Part shown: positions 27,201-38,950 of the stretch, one piece after another
How positions within the stretch are numbered: the first letter of the stretch is position 1
Layout of the letters: every line of letters starts with the position of its first letter
Assembly: GCF_006345805.1 (NCBI RefSeq)
Contig: NC_043015.1
Span: forward strand, 25,482,001 to 25,546,000
Direction of reading: 5' to 3'
From: Octopus sinensis
Taxonomy: Eukaryota
Length of the DNA stretch: 64,000 nucleotides
Program-made: the position numbers and the translations under genes
The notes under the pieces: generated by a model
Database searches by the model: none
What the model was told of the DNA's origin: nothing
What the model saw: the letters and a program-made list of their open reading frames with translations, nothing else

Positions 27201-30200
27201 ACAGGTGGGAGCCACTGACAGTATTCCATTTTCCTTCCACAGGTGGTGGCCACTGACTGTATTTCAATTTCCTTCCATAGGTGGGGGCCACTGACAGTAT
27301 TTCATTTTACTTCCACATGTGGGAGCCACTGACTGTATTTCATTTTCCTTCCACAGGTGGGGGCAAACTGACTGTAATTCAATTTCCTTCCACAGGTGGG
27401 GGCCACTGATTGGATTTCCTTTTCCTTTCACAGGTGGTGGCCACTGACTCTATTTCCTTTTCCTTCCACAGGTGGGGGCCTCTGACTCTATTTTATTTTC
27501 CTCCAGCAGGTAGGGGCCACTGACTGTATTTCATTTTCTTTCTACAGGTGGGGCCCACTGATTGTATTTCATTTTCCTTCCACAGGTGGGGCCACTGATT
27601 GTATTTCATCTTACTTTCACAGGTGAGGGCCACTGACTGCATTTCATTTTCCTTCCACAGGTGGGGTCCACAGGCTGCAATTCAATTTCTTTCCACAGGT
27701 GGGGGCCACTGACTGTATTTCATTTTCCTTCCACAGGTGGGGGCCACTGACTGTAATTCAATTTCCTTCCACAAGTGGGGGCCACTGATTGTATTTCCTT
27801 TTCCTTCCACAGGTGGGGGCCTCTGACTCTATTTCATTTTCCTTCTGCAGGTAGGGGCCACTGACTGTATTTCATTTTCCTTCTACAGGTGGGGCCCACT
27901 GATTGTATTTCATTTTCCTTCCACTGGTGGGGGCCATTCACTGTATTTCATTTTCCTTCCACAGGTGGGGCCACTGACTCTATTTCATTTTCCTTCCACA
28001 GGTGTTGGCTACTGATTGTATTTCATTTTCCTTCCACTGGTGGGGGCCATTCACTGTATTTCATTTTCCTTCCACAGGTGGTGGCTACTGATTGTATTTC
28101 ATTTTCCTTCCACTGGTGGGGGCCATTCACTGTATTTCATTCTCCTTCCACAGGTGGGGTCACCGACTGTATTTCAATTTGCTTCAACAGGTGGGGGCCA
28201 TTCACTGTATTTCATTTTCCTTCCACTGGTGGGGGCCACTGACTGTATTTCTTTTCCTTCCACAGGTGGTGGCTACTGATTGTATTTCATTTTCCTTTCA
28301 CATGTGGCGGCCACTGACTCGATTTCATTTTCCTTTCACAGGTGGGGCCACTGATAGTATTCCATTTTCCTTCCACAGGTGGGGGTCACTGACTGTATTT
28401 CATTTTCCTTCTACAGGTGGGGGTCACTGACTGTATGTCATTTTCCTTCCACAGGTGGGGGCCACTGATTGTATTTCCTTTTCCTTTCACAGGTGGGGGC
28501 ACTGACTGTAATTCAATTTCCTTCCACAAGTGGGGGCCACTGATTGTATTTCCTTTTCCTTCCACAGGTGGGGGCCTCTGACTCTATTTCATTTTCCTTC
28601 AGCAGGTAGGGGCCACTGACTGTATTTCATTTTCCTTCTACAGGTGGGGCCCACTGATTGTATTTCATTTTCCTTCCACTGGTGGGGGCCATTCACTGTA
28701 TTTCATTTTCCTTCCACAGGTGGGGCCACTGACTCTATTTCATTTTCCTTCCACAGGTGTTGGCTACTGATTGTATTTCATTTTCCTTCCACTGGTGGGG
28801 GCCATTCACTGTATTTCATTTTCCTTCCACAGGTGGTGGCTACTGATTGTATTTCATTTTCCTTCCACTGGTGGGGGCCATTCACTGTATTTCATTCTCC
28901 TTCCACAGGTGGGGTCACCGACTGTATTTCAATTTGCTTCAACAGGTGGGGGCCATTCACTGTATTTCATTTTCCTTCCACTGGTGGGGGCCACTGACTG
29001 TATTTCCTTTTCCTTCCACAGGTGGTGGCTACTGATTGTATTTCATTTTCCTTTCACATGTGGCGGCCACTGACTCGATTTCATTTTCCTTTCACAGGTG
29101 GGGCCACTGATAGTATTCCATTTTCCTTCCACAGGTGGGGGTCACTGACTGTATTTCATTTTCCTTCTACAGGTGGGGGTCACTGACTGTATGTCATTTT
29201 CCTTCCACAGGTGGGGGCCACTGATTGTATTTCCTTTTCCTTTCACAGGTGGGGGCCACTGACTCTATTTCCTTTTCCTTCCACAGGTGGGGGCCTCTGA
29301 CTCTATTTCATTTTCCTCCAGCAGGTAGGGGCCACTGACTGTATTTCATTTTCCTTCTACAGGTGGGGCCCACTGATTGTATTTCATTTTCCTTCCACTG
29401 GTGGGGGCCATTCACTGTATTTCATTTTCCTTCCACAGGTGGGGCCACTGACTGTATTTCATTTTCCTTCCACTGGTGGGGGCCATTCACTGTATTTCAT
29501 TTTCCTTCCACAGGTGGGGCCACCGACTGTATTTCAATTTGCTTCAACAGGTGGGGGCCATTCACTGTATTTCATTTTCCTTCCACTGGTGGGGGCCATT
29601 CACTGTATTTCATTTTCCTTCAACAGGTGGGGCCACTGACTGTATTTCCTTTTCCTTCCACAGGTGGTGGCTACTGATTGTATTTCATTTTCCTTTCACA
29701 TGTGGCAGCCACTGACTCGATTTCATTTTCCTTTCACAGGTGGGAGCCACTGACAGTATTCCATTTTCCTTCCACAGGTGGTGGCCACTGACTGTATTTC
29801 AATTTCCTTCCATAGGTGGGGGCCACTGACAGTATTTCATTTTACTTCCACATGTGGGAGCCACTGATTGTATTTCATTTTCCTTCCACAGGTGGGGGCA
29901 AACTGACTGTAATTCAATTTCCTTCCACAGGTGGGGGCCACTGATTGTATTTCCTTTTCCTTTCACAGGTGGTGGCCACTGACTCTATTTCCTTTTCCTT
30001 CCAGAGCTGAGGGCCACTGACTCTATTTCATTTTCTTTCCGCAGGTGGGGGCCACTAACTGTAATTCATTTTCCTTCCACAGGTGGGGGCCACCGACTGT
30101 AATTCAATTTCCTTCCACATGTGGGGGCCACTGACAGTATTTCATTTTCCTTCCACAAGTAGGAGCCACTGACTGTATTTCCTTTTCCTTCCACAGATGG

Positions 30201-30225
30201 GGGCCATTGACTGTATTTCATTTTC
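24247..30225. repeat. ~6 kb tandem satellite, 37-38 bp unit (consensus GTGGGGGCCACTGACTGTATTTCATTTTCCTTCCACAG), roughly 155-160 units, with higher-order repeats
   Basis: Seen directly, e.g. ccacagg at 24966 and 25004 (period 38). Copy number is estimated from length/38, not counted. There are no unique spacers. Confidence 0.97.
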
Positions 30226-30239
30226 TCTCTATTGCTGAG

Positions 30240-31150
30240 CAACAATCTAATGAACAAGTTTCTTACAAAATCAGATTAATTGACATGATTGTCTTCACCT
30301 TTAGAAAGTTGTTTTTACCATGATCTTTCCAAGATCTGGGAACCATTTTCATAGAATGGTTCTGCTATCCCCAACATAAAATCCTTGTTTGATTGTTTTT
30401 GTTTTTTAAAATAAAAAGGAAATTGGGATTTTTGGAGAGAAAGGCTGATCTTAGCACCTTCTTGAACCTCTCCTTGTCAATTTACATATTCAGAAAGAAT
30501 CTTTTAACCTTATTTTCAGTCTGATTTCAGCCAATATTTGTTAAGGTTCAATTTCTTTAGAAGAACCAGCATAATTCTCTCGTCCATCACATGAAGAAGC
30601 ACAGTTGAAAGCATTCACCAATATTTCTTTTCTTTAACACTCTAACAACCTACTGGCCCATTGTTTGACACAATCACTTTGACAGAAAGGAAGAAGAAAA
30701 ATTGCCCAAATGTCACTATTTTTCAATTCCTTCTCACCAGGATGTGATGGCATATTGTCAATAGAAAGGATTAGAGTTCTTCATGGATTTAACTATATCA
30801 AAATCTTTTTCTATGGATAGAAATTAATTCATTGAAAAATATCTAAATCCATTAATTCATTTTCTTCTAAACAAACAAGGTTTTAAAAAATTCCCCTGAT
30901 GTAAGATATGCATTGAAAAGCCAGTTTTAAAAATGTTTAAATGCATCCATAGCTCCATGTGGTTCACAACAAACTGGCAGAAAAGTTTCATTGAAAAACA
31001 AATTCCAGAAAATATCTAAATTTCACCAAGAAATCATTTGGTTCTCATTGAATCAAGTTTTTAAAAGTATTTCAATCTGAATAGAAAATTTATTTTATAG
31101 TAATTTTTCAGTAAGTGGGAGCTGTAATTTATACCAACCAATAACATAAT
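30240..31150 (-). mobile_element. Decayed pogo/Tigger-like DDE transposase remnant abutting the satellite
   Basis: Minus-strand translation: LPVC...AMDAFKHF*NWLF (LPVIY...AWMD..IF..WF-like), ILSIDNMPSHPGEKELKNSDIWAIFL (LLILDNAPSHP...FLPPN-like), QTMGQ*VV (QPMDQGVI-like), VPRSWK. Frameshifted. Confidence 0.72.
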
Positions 31151-31274
31151 TTACTCAATGGGAAGTTAGTTCACTCTTTCTTTATTCTGTTTATAATTAG
31201 GAATTGAAGCTTCCTGAGGGAAAGCTAAACATTTTACAAGAAACATTTTAGACTTTATTCATGATTTATTGATG

Positions 31275-31282
<8 letters not shown>

Positions 31283-31347
<65 letters not shown>

Positions 31348-31355
31348 TGTGTGTA
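31283..31355. repeat. (TG)n microsatellite
   Basis: Seen directly. Confidence 0.95.
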
Positions 31356-31599
31356 CATATTTTCCCAAGAATATCCCTCTCTTTCAAAAATATGGTAAAA
31401 TATTTTTAACTCACAAAATTCCCTAATATTTGCTGATGGTTTTTCTTCTGCAAATACCAAACTATCTTAAAATGGAGAAACAAATTAGAAGGGGTAGTTA
31501 GAGATAGACTATATCCAGAGGTTTGGGGAGACACCTTTGATCATTGATCTCGTTGACTGCAATAAATAGCAATAACAATATTTAGTGTCAATATAAAAT

Positions 31600-32720
31600 A
31601 TCATATTTATTTCTTTAATCCACATAAGTTTCTAGAAAGCTGAAAAGCTATGATGGACAATGAAGATGTGTCTAATGTCCCTTATATATAAAGAGAAAAT
31701 AATTAAAAAAGAAAAGGAGGAAAATGACCAAAAAAAAAACTAGCTAAATGATTCTGTTGAAATATCTTTTTGTAGTCACCACAAATCTAGAAGTCTCAGA
31801 GAGTTGTCCTGAAAATAATAGAAACACATTGGTCATTGGAAGTGCATATTTCTAGACTAATTCTTCCTTCAGAGCAAGGTCATATTCAAACATTTTTAGA
31901 TTTCTTCCTCCTAAAGGCTTCTCTCAGTTAATGGAGAGTTTCAGTGTACAGCTTGATGTTCAACATACAGCCACTTATCAAAAAAATCAAAGAGAATTAC
32001 ACTCTTAATCTCACAAATAGTGCCCATATCTTTCTGTGCAGTCATTGACTTTTGAACATCTCAGACTTTAGAGAGGAGGTGCATCACCATTCCATTGACA
32101 AAGTCTTCATTTCTAGATCACAAAGATATCTTCATGGTTCACCCTCTGTCATCAGTTCAGGGTAAATACATCTTGATCAGCTTCAAAAGCTTCTCGTAGA
32201 AAACAAGATTTACACCCTTCTCTCTTTCAAATCTGCTGTCAACCGATGCGGTACCAACATTGCACACACTTGCCTGTACTCAAGCTTTTTCATCATCTCC
32301 AATAATCCATTGTGACCAGAGTCCAGTTGTAACTCATTTGTGTGAGTCAATTTGTCCACTCACCAGCAATTTGTGCCGGTGTTATAACATTTCATGACCT
32401 TCCACTGTGTGGTTTATCTTCAATGCTGTGTCCCATTCTTTAAACATTCTTTTATCCATCTGTGCACATTATGGTTGTCACTGTGGCCATCTCTGTAAGC
32501 AACCTTTAGCTTTCTGTGGCTCTCAAACAGCGAGCATCCTTCTCTTATCAATAACTCAATGAAGGCATGCTGCTTCTGGTTAGAAACCATCATTATCTTA
32601 CAATAAAGAAAAACAAGAAGGATCACTTTAACCACATGTGCAGTGTGAACGACCTGTGTCTGTTAAGAAAAGTTGTGGACACTTTTGCTTCACATTTGGT
32701 TCAACATTTGTAGTTATGGT
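31600..32720 (-). mobile_element. Decayed mariner transposase remnant
   Basis: Minus-strand translation gives an N-terminal HTH-like segment (QHAFIELLIREGCS...HRWIK), LEYRQVCAMLVPHRLT (GYRKVCARWVPRLLT-like), an EPWIYLCDLEMKTLSMEW-like segment (DETWIYHYDPETKRQSMEW) and a terminal ETYVD*. Many disablements. Confidence 0.75.
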
Positions 32721-32859
32721 TTTTAGACACTTGACTGAGTTTCACTTCAAATGTTGGTAACTTTTTGAAAGCCAATTTTCAAATATTGTCTTTTCTACAG
32801 TGATTTCTTGTTTTGTTTTTAGATAGAAGAAATAAAGTTTCCAACTTCCTAGATAGTCT

Positions 32860-33035
32860 CTACAAGAACATAAAGGTGATTCCATATGACCAGATAATAA
32901 GAGAATATCATTTAAGGAAATATAGCCTTTGGCACAACATTCACAGCCAATAGAATCTTTATTAACATTGTTCAGCATCTGAGGTTTGACATGTTGAATT
33001 TGGTCGCAAAAATGGAGGATTAAAGTTTCATACAT
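32860..33035 (-). mobile_element. Possible Tc1/mariner C-terminal fragment
   Basis: QIQHVKPQMLNNVNKDSIGCECCAKGYISLNDIL loosely resembles IAAIPPEMLENVMRNF...NNGGHLEDII termini; short and degraded. Confidence 0.35.
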
Positions 33036-33039
33036 TCTC

Positions 33040-33450
33040 TGTTGATTCCTGTGTCATGTAGAAATATCAGACACATCTGAATGTTGCATTACAAACTGTT
33101 TACAGTTCACTCTACAAAGCCCTTCCCCCTGTTTCCACAACAGCCTGAAGACAGCTCCAGAACCTGGTGCATGTATTCCTTATAATGTCTATGGAAAGAT
33201 CTTTGAACATCTCTTTGATCTTGGTGTTGCAGGTAGAGGGGTTTGTGTATTTCTCAGCTCCACCCCACACATAGTAATCCATGGGATTATAACCAAGGGG
33301 ATTAGGAGGCCAGAGATAGGTGGTGGGTGAAGTCATAGAAATTCTAACAACAGCATTTGACTCTTTCTGGAGGTATGGCAAGGAGCTGAAGCCTGTTGTC
33401 CCAACCATGGCCCTCTAGCAGAAACCCTCTCCATTTAGGTTTACACCACA
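33040..33450 (-). mobile_element. maT/DD37D-type Tc1/mariner transposase C-terminal remnant
   Basis: Translation GQQASAPCHTSRKSQ...LWPPNPLGYNPMDYYVWG...CNTK...RFWSCLQAVVETGG matches the QQDSAPCH...WPPNSPDCNPMDYYVWG pattern; same family as 58748-59050. Confidence 0.8.
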
Positions 33451-33902
33451 GTCTCCAACAGTTTCACATGGTCATTGGAATTGAACCTAAGGACCTGTCC
33501 TACAGTTGCTAGAGGAATTTTGGTATGTGGACACAATCAGATCACCTGCTGTGATTCTTTCTGTTGCTCATAGCTTCATAGTCTTTGTTGCAGCCATCCA
33601 TGTCATGACTTACAGCCGTTACAGTGTTTTACAGAGCAACGAGCAGCAATCATGATGTTGGCAGTTTGATACCTGGCACAAATCATCATGATACAGGTAA
33701 CTCTTTTCTAATATTCAGATGGCTTCTGGTCCCCTCATCTCAACTGGCATTTTCTCAGCTACAGCTTTAATCTTCATGCTGTCCCATTGACAGTCCCCCA
33801 ATACATGAAGATGTTCATGAAAAGACAAGACATGAAATAATCATCAAATTTAGCCTAAACACCCTCCATGTGTACATGTGTGTGCATGTATGTATATATA
33901 TA

Positions 33903-33941
<39 letters not shown>

Positions 33942-34309
33942 CAGAACATAAACCAATCACCTGCACAATACATGCACATGCGTGCATGTGTCCTACAGCT
34001 TGCCAAACCGTGTTGGTTTGTTTACTTCTCCATAACTTAGCAAGAGACAACATTAGGGTTGATTTTGTCAAATGCTCCAGAGCAGGATCTCAGCATGGCT
34101 AAAATGCATTGAATGAGATGAAAGAAGAAATACTATAATTAAGGATATATAACGAAAGAACACTCACACACCCACCCATGCAACACTATCCCTTTGATGT
34201 CTTTTCCATTGATATCCTTCTAAGATAAATTCCCTCATTGAAGAGAATTGTCACTGTAAAAAATGATGTCAGCTGGTATATAGATGTGTATATATATATG
34301 TGTGTGTAG

Positions 34310-34359
<50 letters not shown>

Positions 34360-34394
34360 ATATATGTGTATATATATGTATATATAAATATATA

Positions 34395-34806
34395 GGAGCG
34401 GCTGTGTGGTAAGTAGCTTGCTAACCAACCACATGGTTCCGGGTTCAATCCCACTGCGTGGCATCTTGGGCAAGTGTCTTCTGCTATAGCCTCGGGCCGA
34501 CCAATGCCTTGTGAGTGGATTTGGTAGACGGAAACTGAAAGAAGCCTGTCGTATATATGTATATATATATATGTATGTGTGTATATGTTTGTGTGTCTGT
34601 GTTTGTCCCCCTAGCATTGCTTGACAACCGATGCTGGTGTGTTTACGTCCCCGTCACTTAGCGGTTCGGCAAAAAAGAGACCGATAGAATAAGTACTGGG
34701 CTTACAAAGAATAAGTCCCAGGGTCGATTTGCTCGACTAAAGGTGGTGCTCCAGCATGGCCGCAGTCAAATGACTGAAACAAGTAAAAGAGTAAAGAGTA
34801 AGAGAG
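34395..34806 (+). mobile_element. Family B tRNA-derived SINE-like element, near full length
   Basis: Pol III-like A box (tgtggtaagtagctt) and B box (ggttcaatccc); body ttgggcaagtgtcttctgctatagcctcgggccgacc...; tail gaaacaagtaaaagagtaaagag; multiple copies in the window. Confidence 0.8.
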
Positions 34807-34873
34807 TATATAAATGTATATATATATTTATATATATATGTGTGTATACATGTGTATATATATGTGTGTGTTC

Positions 34874-34925
<52 letters not shown>

Positions 34926-35657
34926 GGTGTGCAAGAGAGAAGTTTGCGCTGGTATGGTCGTGGGACGAGGTGGTGAAGCACGACCTTCGAACTTTAGGTC
35001 TCACCAAGGAAATGACCAGAGACTGAGACCTATGGAAGTATGCTGTGCGTGAGAAGACCCAGCAAGACTAGTGAGACCATAACCCGTGGCCTCTACCTGG
35101 TATGTAGCCAGTCGACTTATACATACCTTTCCTTCTTGGGACACAAAACTCCACTTGTGAAGACCCGTTGAGGCAAGTGAAAATCAAAATCAAAATCAAA
35201 TCAGATATCAGAAAGCAGAACCAAAATCGAAGTCTATCAACATCAATGGAAATTGCAGCTGTGATACCAGTGCTGGTGACAAGTAAGCGAACCATCCGAT
35301 CAAGGCCGTTGCCAGCGCCGCCCTGACTGGCCTCTGTGCCGGAGGCATGTAAAAAGCACCATCCATTCATGGCCGTTGCCAGCCTCGCCTGGCCCCCGTG
35401 CGGGTGGCATGTAAAAAGCACTATCCGTCCGTGGCCGCTTGCCAGCTCTGTCTGGCACCTGTGTGGGTGGCACGTAAAAAGCATCCACTACACTCACGGA
35501 GTGGTTGGCTTTAGGAAGGGCATCCAGCCATAGAAACACTGCCAGATCAGACTGGGCCTGATGCAGCCTTCTGGCTTCACAGACCCCAGTTGAACCGTCC
35601 AACCCATGCTAGCATGGAAAGCGGACGCTAAATGATGATGATGATGATGATGATGAT
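34926..35657 (+). mobile_element. Short RTE LINE 3' fragment ([11 protein letters not shown] / [21 protein letters not shown]) continuing into the family-A 3' region with three subrepeats and a (GAT)n tail
   Basis: Clear similarity to 10850-11090 and to the family-A copy at 1240-1556. Confidence 0.8.
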
Positions 35658-35663
35658 ATACAA

Positions 35664-35704
<41 letters not shown>

Positions 35705-36502
35705 CACATACACACATATATATATATTGTTCCTGACTCCAAATCATGTTACATTCAAACCTTGTTTACACAATTAGCTCAAATATTCTTGTTGAAATTT
35801 ATGAGCAAAATGATGATAATCCCATTTCATTTTTTTATATTTTCATTGGTTCTTTTATAATCTTATTTTTATACTTCATTTTAATTGTTGTTTTTGTTAT
35901 CATCTAATAACAAATCTGTTTTTCTTTTGTTTTTTATATTTGTTTTTTGGGTTTTTTTTATATTCTTAGCAAATTATTCTTGTGGTGGTATCATCATCAA
36001 TTTTTACAATTATCAAACTATAAGTTTTCTTTTTTTAAGTTTTTTTGATTACTGTCACTATGAACATGATCACCACCACCACTGGCGCCCCTACCATGAC
36101 CACCACCAGCACCATTTCAACATTACACACCATTATCCATTAAGAATGTGATGAATGATGCTAATGAAATGACAGAAAGATTGTTATACAGGAATATAAT
36201 AAATATTTTAATTATCTGCTTTAATTATCAACATTTTGTGACCAAATATATCACAGCAAACATCAGATGAAAAGAAGCAGAAAATACTGAGAGGCAGGAA
36301 GTTAAGGAAAAAAAACAAACACTCATATGTGCATCTCCACACTCACACTCACTTACACACACATACATGCATCTTTCCTCCACCCTATGCATGTCTCCAC
36401 ACACACACACACACACAAACCAGAAACTATAAAAAGGAACAAAAAATTCATGATTAATCACATATGCTTTTTCTTCCTTTTTGCCATTTTCTGTCGATAC
36501 TA

Positions 36503-36561
<59 letters not shown>

Positions 36562-36755
36562 TCTAATTCTGGGAAGGCTGGGAAAGGGGAGTGTGGTTAC
36601 ATTGACCCTGGTATTTAACTGGTACTTTACATTATTAATTACAAAAGGATGAAATTTGACCTTGCTTGGATTTGAACTCAGAACGTAAAAAAAAACTGGA
36701 AGAAATGAAAAGCTTTTCTCAAATGCCTTGTCAATTCTGCCAGTTGACTGCCTTC

Positions 36756-36806
<51 letters not shown>

Positions 36807-36912
36807 TATAATAATAATAATAATTATGATAATAATAATGATAATAATAATAATAACAATAATAATAATAATAATAACAATAATAATAATAATGATAATA
36901 ATAATAATAATG

Positions 36913-36949
<37 letters not shown>

Positions 36950-37583
36950 TAATAATAATAATGATAATAATCCTTTTCTACACTAGGCTCAAGGCCTGAA
37001 ATTTTAGGGGTGGAGTTTGGTCAATTACATCAATCCCATTACTTAATTAGTATTTATTTTATTGACCTTAAAGTATGAATGGCAAAGCTGATCTAGGTGG
37101 AATTTGAACTCAGAAAGTAAAACCAGAAGAAATGCTTTGCAGCACAACAATTTATGGTGATTCTAGTTTTGGTACAGCATCAACAATTCTGAGTGGGGAT
37201 GGGAAAGCTGATTGCCTCGATCCCCTGTTCTCAACTGGAACCTGACAGATTTTGAATTCAAAACTTAAAGAATCGAAAGAATTGCAGCTCAGCATTTTGT
37301 TCAACATGTTAACAATTCTACCTGCTTGCTGCCACAGCAACAATGACAACGACAACACCGCCGCCGATGACAACAACAACAACAATACTGTCTATGTAAT
37401 CTCAAATTTTAAAACAAACTCAATTTTCTTGTTTCCTTAAACATTCTCTAGAATAATACTATGTACAAAACCAAATATATGACACCCTAAGCATAACACC
37501 AACATGAACTTCTAACTTGTCTCTTGAGGTCTCTGGGTGAGACTTGGAGTAGACTTGTACAAATACAATGCAAAAGTCAAACA

Positions 37584-37657
<74 letters not shown>

Positions 37658-37667
37658 TAATAATTAT

Positions 37668-37723
<56 letters not shown>

Positions 37724-38650
37724 CAAATACCAGCTACTGCAGGATGAGGTAGGAAAGTTATGGGGCATGAGGAAAGTAATGGTGATAGCAGTGGTAATTG
37801 GAGCATTAGGAGCAGTCTCCAAGAGCTTTGAAAAATATATTAAGAATATTGGAGCTGCTGTCAGGCTCAAAGTGATCCAGAAGGCAGCATTGTTGGGTAC
37901 AGCTTGCATTCTAAGATGAGTATTAACACTTTGAGTCACATGAGAAGGCACTAATTGAAACCTTTGGTGATTTGTTATTACCTGCTTTCAAGTGAAGAAT
38001 GACCGATAATTAAGAACTATCTGAGAGGCTCTCATAATGATTATAATAATAATTACAAATTTGGTCCAAGGCCAGCAATTTTGAGGGAAGAGGAAGTTGA
38101 TTACATTAAACTCAATGTGCAGCTGGTACTTATTTCATGGACTCTGAAAGGACAAAAGGCAAAATCATCCTTGGCAGAATTTGAACTCGGAATGTAAAAA
38201 GCGGAAAAAAAAAAAGAAAGAAAATTGTTGCTAAGCAATAATGCTCCTGCCTGCTCACCATCTTAATAACAGTTATAATAATTCTTTCTGCTATAAGCAT
38301 AAGGTCTGCTCAGATGGTTTATTGACCTTGGAGGGTGGAAGGCAAAGTTGACCATGCAAGCTTTGAACTCAGAATGTAAAGACAGTCAAAGTGCCGCTAA
38401 GCATTTTGTCCTGCGTGCTGATGAGTCTGTTAGCTCATTACCTTGATTATGATTATAAGAACCATAATTAAAGTGGTCAGCAATGTTTGGCACAAGGCCA
38501 ACATTTTAAAGGGAAGGGGTTTACTTGATTCTACTGACCCCAGAAAAAGACAGCCTCTTCAGAATTTCAACTTGGAACATAAATGAGTTGGAAGGAATAC
38601 TATTAGGCGTATTTATCTGATATGCTAATGAGCCTGCCAGCTTGTCACAC
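36503..38650 (-). mobile_element. Stack of about six minus-strand family C copies interleaved with (AAT)n tracts and LINE 3' ends
   Basis: Repeated gaatttgaactcagaa / attgacc...gaaaggatgaa cores near 36650, 37100, 37250, 38170, 38360 and 38560; (AAT)n at 36503-36555, 36757-36970 and 37583-37720. Confidence 0.75.
37722..38035 (+). mobile_element. R4/Dong-type (restriction-like endonuclease) LINE 3' end
   Basis: KYQLLQDEVGKLWGMRKVMVIAVVIGALGAVSKSFEKYIKNIGAAVRLKVIQKAALLGTACILR is the KY..L..E...LW...V.PVVIGALG...QK.ALLGT..ILR RLE C-terminus; flanked by (AAT)n. Confidence 0.8.
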
Positions 38651-38950
38651 TAATGGTTATAATGGTGATTGTTTGCCACAGGGCCATAGATAATGGAGAC
38701 ATCAAGGGCAGTTTATAATTTGTGTTGGGGTTTATGTAAAAGAAAGATGTAGGGTAAGAGAGGGAAAAGGCAATGAAATGGTACAAAAGTATACATTGTA
38801 TACAAAGGACAAGAACTCACAAAAGATGCAGTCCTCTGGAGAAACACTAGGTCCAGTCAACAAATCCCCAGATTCAAGATTATCCTAATCTCCAAAACCA
38901 TGAGTCCCCACCCATGTTTTTCTCCAATCTACAGGCACACCCCTAGTGAA
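38650..38950 (-). mobile_element. Decayed RLE-type LINE 3' end
   Basis: Minus strand reads ...LDLVFLQRTASFVSS (LQKTALLGT-like) followed by a UTR-like tract. Confidence 0.45.

Noticed and set aside
24247-30225. CRISPR-like appearance (37-38 bp repeats) and many repeated ORFs (MGPTDCISFSFHRW...)
   Set aside because: Units are directly adjacent with no unique spacers, there are no cas genes and the DNA is eukaryotic. The ORFs come from a non-triplet unit cycling through frames and are broken by stops.
34395-34470. tRNA-like heads with A/B boxes (families B and C)
   Set aside because: They continue into SINE bodies and tails, are diverged between copies and do not form a convincing cloverleaf; not called as tRNA genes.
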